A DNA stretch of 64,000 bases from an uncultured Treponema sp. (GTDB taxonomy: Bacteria; Spirochaetota; Spirochaetia; Treponematales; Treponemataceae). Shown piece after piece: positions 10,501 to 19,068 of this stretch. The DNA is taken from assembly GCF_946187725.1 (NCBI RefSeq), contig NZ_CAMHSK010000002.1, positions 58,848-122,847 on the forward strand, read 5' to 3'. The notes under the pieces were generated by a model. The model made no database searches and was not told the DNA's origin. It was given only the letters and a program-made list of their open reading frames with translations. Position numbers and translations under genes: made by a program. Each line of letters opens with the position of its first letter. Positions within the stretch are counted from its first letter, which is position 1.

Positions 10501-10619
10501 AATTTAAATTCCGTGCCGTACGAAGAGGTGTATTCCCGACGCCTCCAGTCAGTGCAGAATGTATGTATGAGAGCGAAGTTTTCGGACGGACAGACGGCAT
10601 TCTCTACACCATAAAATGA
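4503..10619 (+). CDS. Bacterial alpha-2-macroglobulin family lipoprotein with thioester motif
   Basis: 2038 aa from the internal ATG. Signal peptide with lipobox LTVVSC. Thioester motif YPFGCLEQQ. Size and the pbpC neighbour are typical of YfhM/ECAM-type A2M. Confidence 0.9.
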   Translation: MKKILAVLLSAGFLTVVSCKNEKSSLQFQSDIPNSAPGLTILDTGERVFDAGNFFTPDYTPYEPESESVAGKVRLSSPKAKGAKAESIEPGLRNLSEYKTSYSTKKSDFKYPEITRMSGDENESKKSSKKDEPFTIVDFGPRGAIPAEVRFPSFYVLFSEPVVALSSLGEVITKSEIMTIEPEIKGVFRWNGTSLLSFDTTEAVNPMQVYTIRINDNVKSLSGKSLTGEKSFSTEAAPLKIIWSAPGYSKDKWVDKNDVPPQYSKELRVQFNYPVNADEISKISKITAGSKELSFSVKQEMIDTVTYFLDEEPPFNTHVLLSVTQTLSGKTNKTTAGFNTLAPFTYEYEYKMHSYGKYTNPVQLYFSHPVEKSSVLQSISAKSEKGENLAFTDENFEFSGCTVKIFGLPVTFHSKYALEINSNLKDIYGRNIEFSGDKLSIEIEVPGAESSANFTDSGVRMLESTFPHKMIFEYQNIVNGAYLLKTTENPYEVLDSTKASELVYSPENEGSRTELSVEPRDERIFEIVNLEDKLLGEKGWVDFYSAIKLPRKPTNWDSSTYYWNTNKTSIQVTNLGVTVRYSYNKIAAMVTNLSDGKAVEGAKVYAYEPSANLSIIKENAPWAVTDKNGLAVINLTEKNVKSVISGDYWDAPYIFVEKDDDKVIFEPENHSPWRSGIYSYSKVPNEIKAEARIFMFSDRGLYKPGETVSFRGIDRDQILGTFLPYEGDFTVTLKEDTWRDAKEFGKIEGKTTESGGFYGSFEIPEDIEPGFYKIEYKREPEGKTQLLSINVAYFERLKFQTEVSMPKTPVIAGEKVQAKLGASYLAGGALASAKYETNWFREPWYFTSDEPEFNQYKFGPSDKYESRNHIREDSGALDANGSASISCETSGNSIKGAAYRYRLSADITDVSNQQVTAVGTVLVHPASFYLGLSKPEMQSSFARKGEKLTFTYKLALPDGKAIANSVTAQALSGNAKKLNVKLTREEWNLVQQQGIDDIYSRYEKTDVTESEESINLSESGKITVTPKEPGYHKIQVATTDKQGRDVITEYEFFVTGSGKVSWYQDDATALKLTPDKNQYNPGETAHILLESSLPEGNYLITVEREGIFTEEVRHLDGSVHVIDIPVARNYVPVFYVSISSYSVRQGEPVHEYGKADLDKPKGYYGAAVLFVNPRVKSFSVKVENAKMSYRPGEEAEITLYATKGGKPLANAELTLLAVDRGVLDLIDYHVPDPISFFYNAGNFPLHVKGGDSRDYLMDPVTYEVKNLKGGDSSDDEKMEERSDFNPTAIFEPMLKTDENGKVSVKFNLPDTLTTYRITVFGVNGELLALQEDEIAVQNPINVQQVLPRQLRERDTSEVGVLLTNLDEKAHEVSVSLSLRENAKKEDESGLTLKDGKAFVDGTSEHKITVPGGANTVVYFDLAAVKAGLVTLEFTVKSEVLNERLVCPLKIEKPYVFETVTTTGQLEEKEASVTERVVIPSLTENADDRTDGTLAVTLDATRLGLLGDAVKYLFEYPFGCLEQQSSRILPLVIFEDYIDVFNLENEVTNIRKCVKSYFKDWKNCQHSDGGFGYWPTSSKSNLFVSSKIAHIYALALQRGYKEKDLAIDIDKLCNYIYAEANSLKKQAELHIQSDSEYERVALFYNDYCRAYNYYVLALNGKLVFDEQLASIIRREGQDIAAIALSGLASIAKDGAKSTLAKEAASKIRTYMRPQTRGVDITNPNAPKWAFAYNGDEAENLALTLQLFTLLDKDDQMNTKLIYSLLGNQRAGYWKNTANTARVLESIYTLIKTNNLDKTNLNATALFNKDELAKCDFKGAASKPVTVTLPFDSDKLKALPRNTELPLEISKKGRGSLYYTTTMRYTIPNELQNARDEGLGLVMQLYDNTTGEEIKMKQDNSLIELESGKTYKVKITLSSSYDRDFVALRAPVPSGAEILDATFITSPDDAETSSGSDEYSEDYDDYEGYFYGGDHYMSNQAIYNSEIQFFWDSFGKGKTTAEFKFRAVRRGVFPTPPVSAECMYESEVFGRTDGILYTIK

Positions 10620-11212
10620 GCGAAACCATAGTCCACGAAATCTCCCCTGTCTGGGATGAGGAAAGCCGTGTCCTGATTTTGGGCACACTTCCCTCCCCTA
10701 AAAGCAGGGAAAACGGATTTTTCTACATGCATCCTCAAAATCGGTTCTGGGAAGTAATTTTTACCGTATTCGGCGAGAAGTTGAACTTTCCAAACAAAGC
10801 CCTCAAAAAGATCAGCGCAAGCGAAAGATTAGAAGCCATAAATGAAAGGCGGGATTTTCTGATTCGTCATAAGATTGCCCTTTGGGATGTGCTTAAACAA
10901 TGCGATATTTCCGGGGCAAGTGACGCGAGCATTAAAAACGCCGTTCCAAATGATTTTACGGAAATTTTATCAAGGAGCAAAATCCGGCACATATTCTGTA
11001 CTGGAAAAACAGCTTTCGCGCTCTGGAAAAAACACTGTTCTTCGGTCTACGAAGAAAGATTTGCTTTAAAAGCAGCTTGTCTTCCAAGCACAAGCCCGGC
11101 AAATGCAGCCTGGTCGGTCGAAAATCTTGTGGCTGAGTACAGTAAAATCAATAATCTTGGTCAGGATTTTAGTTTTACGAGCCAATCTGATTTTTCTTCT
11201 GGTCAATCCTAA
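10616..11212 (+). CDS. Uracil-DNA glycosylase superfamily protein, DNA-deoxyinosine (hypoxanthine) glycosylase-like
   Basis: 198 aa. ILGTLPSPKSRENGFFYMHPQNRFW resembles the hypoxanthine-DNA glycosylase family signature. The start overlaps the A2M stop (ATGA). Confidence 0.6.
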   Translation: MSETIVHEISPVWDEESRVLILGTLPSPKSRENGFFYMHPQNRFWEVIFTVFGEKLNFPNKALKKISASERLEAINERRDFLIRHKIALWDVLKQCDISGASDASIKNAVPNDFTEILSRSKIRHIFCTGKTAFALWKKHCSSVYEERFALKAACLPSTSPANAAWSVENLVAEYSKINNLGQDFSFTSQSDFSSGQS

Positions 11213-11216
11213 AAAT

Positions 11217-13394
11217 ATGCGAACATCATTCAAAATCATGAAAAAAAACAAATTTCTCTATATAATTCCGATTTTTTTACTCATTACTGCCATTTTTTTT
11301 CTCTTAATACGCTTTTCTCCTTATCCCGAACTTTCTGAATTCAAAAGCCGCCCCGTTTCAACAAGAGTTTTTGACAATCAGGGCAAACTGATTCAAATCA
11401 TCGCCCTAAAAGACGGACTCCACAGGGAATTCACTCCGCTTGAAGATATTCCGCTTTTTGTACAGGATTCATTTATCAAAGCCGAGGACAGGCATTTTTA
11501 TTCTCACCACGGAATTGACTTTTCTTCGGTTTTAAGGGCAATTTTTCAAAATGTCAGGGAATTCCGCACAGTCAGCGGTGCATCCACAATCACAATGCAG
11601 CTGGCAAGAATCATCAGGCCGTCCCAAAAACGCACGATTTTCGCTAAAATCAGGGAAACCTTTGACGCTTTCAGGCTTGAAGCCCGGCTCTCAAAAAAAG
11701 AAATTCTTGAAGCCTATCTGAACAATGTGCCGTTCGGATTCAACACAGAAGGCGTTTCAAGCGCAGCACGATATTTTTTCTCAAAAGAACTTGCAGCCCT
11801 CACAGAAGAAGAAGCCAAAACTCTCTCCCAGATTCCACGCAGGCCATCCCTTTACAGTTTTTCTTCTGATTCGAAAAGAAGGCCCTTTTCATACCCTTTT
11901 GAAATGCCGCATTTTGTAAGATACCTTTCAACGCTTCCAAATTCTCCAATCGGCAAGGCAGCAGATTTACATACGACAGCGGATTTAGCTTTGCAGCATG
12001 CCGCAGAAGATATGCTCAGGCAGTCAGTTGAAAAATATGCGTCAAACAGGCTCACAAACGGAGCGATTTTGATTTGTGAAACTCAGACAGGGAAAATTCT
12101 TTCATGGGTCGGAAGTGCTGATTTTTTCGATGAATCGCACAATGGTCAGGTTGACGGAGTTCTTTCTTATCAGCAGCCGGGGAGCAGCATGAAACCCTTT
12201 TTATATGCACTTGCGCTTGAAAAAGGATTTTCGCCATCTTCTGTGCTGCCGGATATTCCGATGGAATTCGGATTCGAAAATCTCTATGTTCCACAAAATT
12301 TCAACAGGCGATTCAATGGTCCTGTCCGATTGCGGGTCGCACTTGCTTCAAGCCTGAATATTCCGGCGGTCTACCTTCTTAATGAAATCGGCCTTGATAC
12401 ATATCTTAAAAAACTCTCGGAACTTGGATTCGACTCTCTTAAAAACGCTGATTCAGGGCTTTCGCTTGCCCTCGGAGGTGCTGAAGTTTCAATTTTCGAG
12501 ATGACCCAGGCCTTTTCGGTATTTGCGCGCGACGGCTATTTTCTTCCACTCAGCATGATGCAAGACGCAGCCCTTCAAAATAACGAATCTGCCACAAACT
12601 CCCGCAAAGAAGCAAGTCAGGTCTACGATGTCAATACAGCAAGGCTGATTTGCGACATTCTTTCTGACCGGGATTCCCGTGCACTCGGTTTCGGATACAA
12701 TCAGACTTTTTTGACACCATTTCCCGCTATGTTCAAAACAGGAACGGCAAATCAATATCAGACAATCACGGCACTGGGAGCAACCCCAAAATACACCGTG
12801 GGAATCTGGATGGGAAATTTTTCAGGCGAAACAGTCATCGGAAAGACAGGAAGCTCTATTCCTGCAAAAATCGCAAGGGATTTGCTCGTGCTTCTGCAAG
12901 GGAACAACGGAAAGGATTTCAAAAAGCCCGCACAGTTCAAAAAAGAAAGAATCTGCGCACTTTCCGGCAAGAAGGCAGGAGAATTCTGCCCAGACAAGAT
13001 TTCAGAATATGTGGCAACTGGCTCTCAGGACAAAGGGGAATGCTGCAGCTGGCACACGCAGGAAGGCACGACATATCCCGCACAATACGCCGTCTGGTTC
13101 CGCATGAAGAACAGAAGCGGTGAAGTCGGAGAAAAAGGCAGCCCGTTAAAAATCATTTCTCCGAGAAACAACAGCATTTTCTATTATGATGATTCAGTCT
13201 CAGAACATCAGCAAAAACTTGTAGTCGAGGCAATTGGCGGAAAAACCGACCGTGCAGTCTTTAGCATCGACGGAACAGCCTTGAATGAAAGAAAACGCCC
13301 TTTCACAGAGCAAATTCCCCTGCAAAAAGGAAGGCACCGCATAAAAGTTGAATGTGCCGGAGAAAGTGACGAAATTGAAATCAATGTAAGATGA
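11217..13394 (+). CDS. pbpC: Penicillin-binding protein 1C (glycosyltransferase/transpeptidase)
   Basis: GT51 motifs EDRHFYSHHGID and GASTITMQLAR. Transpeptidase motifs SSMK (SxxK) and KTGTA. It has a PBP1C-type C-terminal domain. Start chosen at the first ATG after the glycosylase stop; ATG 11238 is an alternative. Confidence 0.8.
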   Translation: MRTSFKIMKKNKFLYIIPIFLLITAIFFLLIRFSPYPELSEFKSRPVSTRVFDNQGKLIQIIALKDGLHREFTPLEDIPLFVQDSFIKAEDRHFYSHHGIDFSSVLRAIFQNVREFRTVSGASTITMQLARIIRPSQKRTIFAKIRETFDAFRLEARLSKKEILEAYLNNVPFGFNTEGVSSAARYFFSKELAALTEEEAKTLSQIPRRPSLYSFSSDSKRRPFSYPFEMPHFVRYLSTLPNSPIGKAADLHTTADLALQHAAEDMLRQSVEKYASNRLTNGAILICETQTGKILSWVGSADFFDESHNGQVDGVLSYQQPGSSMKPFLYALALEKGFSPSSVLPDIPMEFGFENLYVPQNFNRRFNGPVRLRVALASSLNIPAVYLLNEIGLDTYLKKLSELGFDSLKNADSGLSLALGGAEVSIFEMTQAFSVFARDGYFLPLSMMQDAALQNNESATNSRKEASQVYDVNTARLICDILSDRDSRALGFGYNQTFLTPFPAMFKTGTANQYQTITALGATPKYTVGIWMGNFSGETVIGKTGSSIPAKIARDLLVLLQGNNGKDFKKPAQFKKERICALSGKKAGEFCPDKISEYVATGSQDKGECCSWHTQEGTTYPAQYAVWFRMKNRSGEVGEKGSPLKIISPRNNSIFYYDDSVSEHQQKLVVEAIGGKTDRAVFSIDGTALNERKRPFTEQIPLQKGRHRIKVECAGESDEIEINVR

Positions 13395-13418
13395 CCGACC
13401 TTGCAGAGCAAAAATGAT

Positions 13419-15557
13419 TTACATCGATTTTCTAATGTCGGTAATAATCAGCTGGGGAGTCTCAACGCCGTTGTATGTGTTGCGGCTAATCTGATAAAGA
13501 ACATCAACTGTGTCGCCTTTATCAAAATCTCTGTGAAGAGCCTCTGCGCCCCCCCAGAACATTGCAGGCCACTTAGTTTTCCCTAAATCGAAGGTGAGTT
13601 TGAGATGCTGCCGCTCGGTCTTTCCGATAATCATGGCATCAAAAATCCGCAGTTTTTTACTCATGAAGGTGAGCTCACGGTTTTCTTCACCATAAGGCTC
13701 AAAATTATCAACAACTGTAAGCAAATCAGGCTTTAAGTATTCAGGAGGAATTTCTGCATCGATGTTAATTTGCTCTGATTCAGAAGATGAAAGCTCAATC
13801 TGCGGCGCGAATTTTTCAAGAGCCGCAAGGAAGTCATTAAGCCGTTCCTTTTTAAAGGTGAAGCCCGCCGCATAAGCGTGTCCGCCGTAACTGACGAATA
13901 AATCAGCCATCTTGTCGAGAAGGGAAAGCACTTCAAATCCACGGCAGCTTCTCATTGAGCCGATTGCATTGTCGTCAACAAAAGTGACAGCCATGGCAGG
14001 AATGTCATAAACATTCACGAGTTTACCGGCGATTGTACCCGAAACCCCGCGATTGATTCGCTCATCGATTATAACACAGAGCTTTCCATCATATTTTTGA
14101 ATGCTTTCTTTTGCCTGAAGAACCGCGTAATTCCAGCCTTCGTTGCCAAGTGCCTTGCGCTCATTGTTCATTTCGATTACTTTCTGGGCAATCTGAGTGC
14201 GTTTTTCAGCATTTTGCTCAAGGAAAAGCTCAACGCCTATTTCAGGCTGACCAAGACGGCCTGTTGCATTCAAGGCAGGATTTATGTTCCATGAAAGGTC
14301 AGTTGCCGTGATACGCTTTCCAAGAAGATTCTGCATTGAAAGCAGCTCCCTAAGGCCTTCACGCGATTTGCCCTTGTTCATAGATTCTATGCCATGACGG
14401 ATGAAAATGCGGTTTTCGTTTTTGAGCGGCATGATGTCTGCGAGGGCAGCCAATGCAACCAGCTGAAGGTCGCGCTCATTTGCCGCTTCATTTTGAGGGA
14501 ATTGCCGTGCAATCTGCGCATTCATGAAAGTGACGAAAACATTGTAAAAACCTTTGATTTCTGAGTTGAATTCTGGATTGTAGCGGGCAAGCCGGGATTT
14601 TGACTTTAACTGAGCCAAAGAAACGGCCGCAAACGAAGGATAAATCTTTGCGACTTCGGGCCTCAAATCAAGGAAATTGAATTCGGCACCGCTTGTAAAA
14701 ACCTGCGACAATATAGAAGAAAGAGATTTTTCATCCCAAACAAAAATCTGCTGGCCCCGTAAAAAATCAACAAGTTTGGTTTCCATGATTGAGCTTCCGC
14801 ACGGAACCGATTCAGAAAAATGAGCCTTTTCAACAAGATTCTGAAGTTTGAGGACTTCTATGGTGGCAGAAGATGAATCTGGATTGACCCTGGCAGTGAG
14901 CAAGGATACTTCATTTTTATAAAGTTCTGTCTGTGCGAAGCGGAGGGCCGAAACCACCTTATACGCAACGGCACATCCTGAAATGTCTTTGAACGGATAG
15001 CCTGAATCCGCGCATTTTGGATTAATAATGATTGCGGGAGACGGCAAAACCTCTGGCGGAGTATGATGGTCAATTACGATTACATCCATGCCTTTCTCTG
15101 AAGCATAGGCAATTTCTTCAACATTAGAGATTCCACAGTCAACCGTGATTATGAGAGAACCGTAATTTTTTTCAAAATCATCGATGGCATTTTTATTCAA
15201 TCCGTAAGGGTCAGTTCCGCCGGGAAGTCGCCATGAAACATCAAGACCGAGAGAAACAAGATAATCGTACAAAACGACAGTAGAAGTGATTCCGTCAACA
15301 TCGCGGTCACCAAAAATCAGGACCTTTTCACCTTCATCCTTTGCCTGCAAAATTCTGTCAACGGCATCTTCCATATTCGCAAACAAAAAAGGATTATGAA
15401 GAAAACGCAGGTCATCTTCAAGGAAGAACTGAACTTCACTTCCTTCAGTAACGCCTCTTCTAAGCAAAATTGAGGCAGTGAGTGCATTTACTCCGAATTT
15501 GTCGTACAAAGCTCCGACATCGTTACGCGTTATATGTTTTTTAATCCAATTCTTCAT
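13419..15557 (-). CDS. recJ: Single-stranded-DNA-specific exonuclease RecJ
   Basis: 712 aa. DHH-family motifs DRDVDGITS, VIDHHTP and GGHAYAAG. Confidence 0.9.
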   Translation of the reverse strand: MKNWIKKHITRNDVGALYDKFGVNALTASILLRRGVTEGSEVQFFLEDDLRFLHNPFLFANMEDAVDRILQAKDEGEKVLIFGDRDVDGITSTVVLYDYLVSLGLDVSWRLPGGTDPYGLNKNAIDDFEKNYGSLIITVDCGISNVEEIAYASEKGMDVIVIDHHTPPEVLPSPAIIINPKCADSGYPFKDISGCAVAYKVVSALRFAQTELYKNEVSLLTARVNPDSSSATIEVLKLQNLVEKAHFSESVPCGSSIMETKLVDFLRGQQIFVWDEKSLSSILSQVFTSGAEFNFLDLRPEVAKIYPSFAAVSLAQLKSKSRLARYNPEFNSEIKGFYNVFVTFMNAQIARQFPQNEAANERDLQLVALAALADIMPLKNENRIFIRHGIESMNKGKSREGLRELLSMQNLLGKRITATDLSWNINPALNATGRLGQPEIGVELFLEQNAEKRTQIAQKVIEMNNERKALGNEGWNYAVLQAKESIQKYDGKLCVIIDERINRGVSGTIAGKLVNVYDIPAMAVTFVDDNAIGSMRSCRGFEVLSLLDKMADLFVSYGGHAYAAGFTFKKERLNDFLAALEKFAPQIELSSSESEQINIDAEIPPEYLKPDLLTVVDNFEPYGEENRELTFMSKKLRIFDAMIIGKTERQHLKLTFDLGKTKWPAMFWGGAEALHRDFDKGDTVDVLYQISRNTYNGVETPQLIITDIRKSM

Positions 15558-15579
15558 TATAAAACCACAGACTAAAAGA

Positions 15580-15629
15580 GATTAACATAGATTGCAAATC
15601 TTGACTACGGCTGGAAGTCGTGCTAAAAG
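15580..15629 (+). promoter_or_regulatory. Imperfect dyad plus sigma70-type promoter upstream of feoAB
   Basis: GATTAACA-N5-TGCAAATC (15580-15600; 6 of 8 arm positions are complementary) abuts TTGACT (15601-15606), 17-nt spacer, TAAAAG (15624-15629). The ATG is at 15636 with no SD. Confidence 0.35.
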
Positions 15630-15635
15630 ATATAT

Positions 15636-18077
15636 ATGACCTTAGATGAAATCAAAACAGGACAGACAGTTTGCGTCAAAAAGCTTGGCGGAAACGGTGC
15701 TCTCCGGCAGCACTTTCTTGATATGGGAATTATCCCCGGTACCGAAATTACACTTATAAAATATGCCCCGCTTGGTGACCCGATGGAATTCCGTCTGCAC
15801 GGCTACGAACTTACTTTGAGAATCGCAGATGCCCAGAAGATTGAAGTTGATTCTGCACCAGGGATTGGAACACCACGCGAAGCGTGTTCTGAAATGAATG
15901 AGCGAAGCGAAGGAATGGAAGAATGGAGCGCATCTGGCGCGGAAGTGTGCAAAGCCCGGCCTGCCGCAAGGCAGGGGTGCCCAGAAAAAAGCGTAACTCC
16001 TTCTCATCCTGGCCTTGGCGAAGGCGGAAAGTTCCATGACAAAAATGACGAAAATCCGCTCCCGGATGGCACAATCCTCAAATTCGCGCTTGTCGGCAAC
16101 CAAAACTGCGGAAAAACGACTCTTTTTAACCGGCTCACAGGCTCAAACCAGCATGTAGGAAACTTTCCGGGCGTAACAGTTGACCGTAAATCAGGCGCAA
16201 TCAAAGGCCATGCAGACACATTGATTACGGATTTGCCCGGCATTTACTCGATGTCTCCATATTCGAGCGAGGAATTGATTTCACGGGATTTTGTACTGAA
16301 CGAACGGCCTCACGCAATCATCAACATTGTGGACGCTACAAACATCGAGAGGAACCTTTACCTGACCATGCAGCTTCTGGAACTGAACATTCCTCTTGTA
16401 ATTGCCCTCAATATGATGGACGAAATGACGGCAAACGGCGGCTCAATTGATGTAAATACGATGGAACAGATTATGGGCGTACCTGTCGTTCCGATTTCGG
16501 CAAAAAAGAATCAGGGTATTGAAGAGCTGATTGCACATGCGATTCATGTCGCAAAATTTCAGGAACCGCCTCTAAGGCAAGATTTCTGTGACAAATCGGA
16601 TAATGGCGGAGCCGTTCACAGGGCACTTCACGGCACCTTCCATTTGATTGAAGACCATGCCGAAAAAGAAGGAATTCCGCTCAGATTTGCGGCAAGCAAA
16701 CTTCTTGAAGACGACAAAAGGATTCTTCACAAGCTCAACCTTGATGTAAATGAAAAGGAAATGCTTGAGCACATAATCATGCAGATGGAAAAAGAGAGAG
16801 GTCTTGACCGAAGTGCCGCAATCGCAGACATGCGTTTTTCGTTCATTTATAAGCTGTGTGATTCCTGCGTAAAAAAGCCAAAGGAAAGCCGTGAGCGCGA
16901 ACGAAGCCAGAGAATTGACAGGCTCCTCACAGGAAAATGGACGGCAATTCCTTCATTCATAGTGATTATGGCAGCGGTCTTCTATTTAACCTTCAATGTA
17001 ATCGGTTCATTTTTCCAGGGATTTCTCGAAACTGGAATCGATAAGCTCACAGAGCTGACGGATAAAGCGCTTACTGCAATGGCCGTAAATGAAGTCCTGC
17101 ACGGCCTTATTATAGACGGCATTTTTGCAGGCGTTGGAAGCGTTCTTTCATTCCTTCCGATTATCGTGACACTGTTCTTCTTTCTTTCAATGCTTGAAGA
17201 TTCGGGATATATCGCGCGGGTTGCCTTTTTCATGGACAAACTCCTGCGAAAAATCGGTCTTTCAGGACGAAGCATCGTTCCTCTTTTGATTGGCTTCGGC
17301 TGTTCCGTACCTGCCGTAATGTCCACAAGAACCTTGCCAAGTGAACGGGACCGAAAAATGACGATTCTGCTCACTCCTTTTATGAGCTGCACGGCAAAAC
17401 TTCCGATTTATGCGTTCTTCGTAAATGTGTTCTTTCCTAAGTGTTCTGCCCTGATTATGACTGGCCTTTATTTTCTCGGAATTTTCATCGGAATTCTGGC
17501 GGCATTCTTATATAAAGGAACGCTTTTTAAGGGTGAGGCAGTGCCTTTTGTTATGGAGCTTCCGAATTACAGGATGCCGGGATTAAGGAATACGGTGCAG
17601 CTTTTATGGGAAAAGGCAAAAGATTTCCTGCAGAGAGCATTCACGGTAATTTTTATTGCAACGATTGTTGTCTGGTTTTTGCAGAGTTTTAACTGGCATT
17701 TTCAATTCGTGGAAAACGCCGAAACAAGCATTTTAGCTTCTGCGGCAAGAATTATTTCGCCGCTTATGAAACCGCTCGGTCTTGGTGACTGGCAGATTTC
17801 GGTCGCACTTGTAAGCGGATTTATGGCAAAGGAAAGTGTGGTTTCAGCATTAGAGATTTTATTTGCCGGCGGAGTGGAAACAGTACTTTCAACCTTGAGT
17901 GCGGCAAGCCTGCTTGTATTCAGCCTGCTTTACACGCCTTGTGTCGCCGCAATTGCCTCTGTCAAACGAGAACTTGGGGCCAAATGGGCGGCTGGCGTGG
18001 TAATCTGGCAGTGTGCAATCGCCTGGATTATGGCGCTCGCTGTAAGGCTTATCGGTCTTGCAATAGGAGCCGCCTGA
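15636..18077 (+). CDS. feoB: Ferrous iron transporter, FeoA-FeoB fusion
   Basis: An N-terminal FeoA SH3-like domain (aa 1-72) is followed by a linker of about 75 aa, then the FeoB G-domain (LVGNQNCGKTTLFN, DLPG) and the polytopic membrane domain. Confidence 0.9.
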   Translation: MTLDEIKTGQTVCVKKLGGNGALRQHFLDMGIIPGTEITLIKYAPLGDPMEFRLHGYELTLRIADAQKIEVDSAPGIGTPREACSEMNERSEGMEEWSASGAEVCKARPAARQGCPEKSVTPSHPGLGEGGKFHDKNDENPLPDGTILKFALVGNQNCGKTTLFNRLTGSNQHVGNFPGVTVDRKSGAIKGHADTLITDLPGIYSMSPYSSEELISRDFVLNERPHAIINIVDATNIERNLYLTMQLLELNIPLVIALNMMDEMTANGGSIDVNTMEQIMGVPVVPISAKKNQGIEELIAHAIHVAKFQEPPLRQDFCDKSDNGGAVHRALHGTFHLIEDHAEKEGIPLRFAASKLLEDDKRILHKLNLDVNEKEMLEHIIMQMEKERGLDRSAAIADMRFSFIYKLCDSCVKKPKESRERERSQRIDRLLTGKWTAIPSFIVIMAAVFYLTFNVIGSFFQGFLETGIDKLTELTDKALTAMAVNEVLHGLIIDGIFAGVGSVLSFLPIIVTLFFFLSMLEDSGYIARVAFFMDKLLRKIGLSGRSIVPLLIGFGCSVPAVMSTRTLPSERDRKMTILLTPFMSCTAKLPIYAFFVNVFFPKCSALIMTGLYFLGIFIGILAAFLYKGTLFKGEAVPFVMELPNYRMPGLRNTVQLLWEKAKDFLQRAFTVIFIATIVVWFLQSFNWHFQFVENAETSILASAARIISPLMKPLGLGDWQISVALVSGFMAKESVVSALEILFAGGVETVLSTLSAASLLVFSLLYTPCVAAIASVKRELGAKWAAGVVIWQCAIAWIMALAVRLIGLAIGAA

Positions 18078-18108
18078 TAAGCGATTGCACTCACAGAAAG
18101 TGTGATTT

Positions 18109-18897
18109 TTAGATTTTTCCGGCTGCCTTGTCTTTAAGAATCAAAGAACGGATTGCTTCAACAGCGACTGTGATTGCAGCCTCTGTGTCATGAGCCTGCT
18201 TGTTTGGCAGGCCTTTTTTTGCCCGTTCCTGATTTGCAACGACGAGGAAGCATGAGCCAACTCTTACGCGAAGGAACTGGCCTGCAATGAACAATGCAGC
18301 ACTCTCCATTTCGCTTGCAAGACAGCCCATTCTGAGCCATGCCTGCCATTTATTTTCAAGTTCATAGCTTACAGGCATTACTTCCGGTTCATGCTGACCA
18401 AAGAAAGAATCTTTACACTGAACGACACCTGTATGATTAGGAACCTTGAGTTTTTCTGCGGCATTCATCAAAGCGTTAACACATTCAATGCTTGCAACTG
18501 CCGGATATTCAATCGGAGCGAATTCGCGGCTGGTTCCTTCCATTCGGACAGCACCGGTCGCAATTACAATGTCACCGCCCTGAACTTCTTCCTGCATACC
18601 ACCACAGGTACCAACGCGGATGTAAGTGTGGGCACCGCATTTTGTAAGTTCCTCAATCGCAATCGAAGCTGAAGGACCGCCGATTCCTGTTGAAGTAACG
18701 CTGACGGGAACTCCTTCGATTGTGCCGGTATAAGTGACATACTCACGAACATCAGCAACAAGTTTTGCATTGTCAAAGTGCTCTGCAATCTTCGCACATC
18801 GTTTAGGGTCGCCCGGCAAAATGACATATTTGCCTATGTCCTTTGGGCCAACTCCTGTATGATATTGTTTGCCAGAGCCTTCTGTGTAATCTACCAT
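18109..18897 (-). CDS. udp: Uridine phosphorylase (PNP/UDP family)
   Basis: 262 aa, colinear with E. coli Udp: [30 protein letters not shown]. Confidence 0.75.
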   Translation of the reverse strand: MVDYTEGSGKQYHTGVGPKDIGKYVILPGDPKRCAKIAEHFDNAKLVADVREYVTYTGTIEGVPVSVTSTGIGGPSASIAIEELTKCGAHTYIRVGTCGGMQEEVQGGDIVIATGAVRMEGTSREFAPIEYPAVASIECVNALMNAAEKLKVPNHTGVVQCKDSFFGQHEPEVMPVSYELENKWQAWLRMGCLASEMESAALFIAGQFLRVRVGSCFLVVANQERAKKGLPNKQAHDTEAAITVAVEAIRSLILKDKAAGKI

Positions 18898-18998
18898 TAT
18901 TTCCTCCTTAATAGATTTCTTTTAAACTTTACCATGCTTTATCTCAAAAATCCACAAATTTCGTACATTCCTCAAAAAACCGCCTCAATATAAAAAAA

Positions 18999-19027
18999 TT
19001 GTCCAATTTAAGCCAATCTGATATAAT
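18999..19027 (+). promoter_or_regulatory. sigma70-type promoter for the binding-protein gene
   Basis: TTGTCC (18999-19004), 17-nt spacer, TATAAT (19022-19027). Confidence 0.4.
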
Positions 19028-19068
19028 AAATCAATTAAAATCATCAGTGTTAAAAACAGGAGTATCTT

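Noticed and set aside
11103-11216. N-terminal extension of the pbpC ORF
   Set aside because: It overlaps the 3' end of the glycosylase gene in another frame. The membrane anchor starts after Met at 11217 or 11238.
15642-16103. 153-aa and 87-aa antisense ORFs opposite feoA and its linker
   Set aside because: They lie opposite a well-supported coding region. They are open only because of the local G+C-rich, stop-poor composition, and they carry no start signals or motifs.
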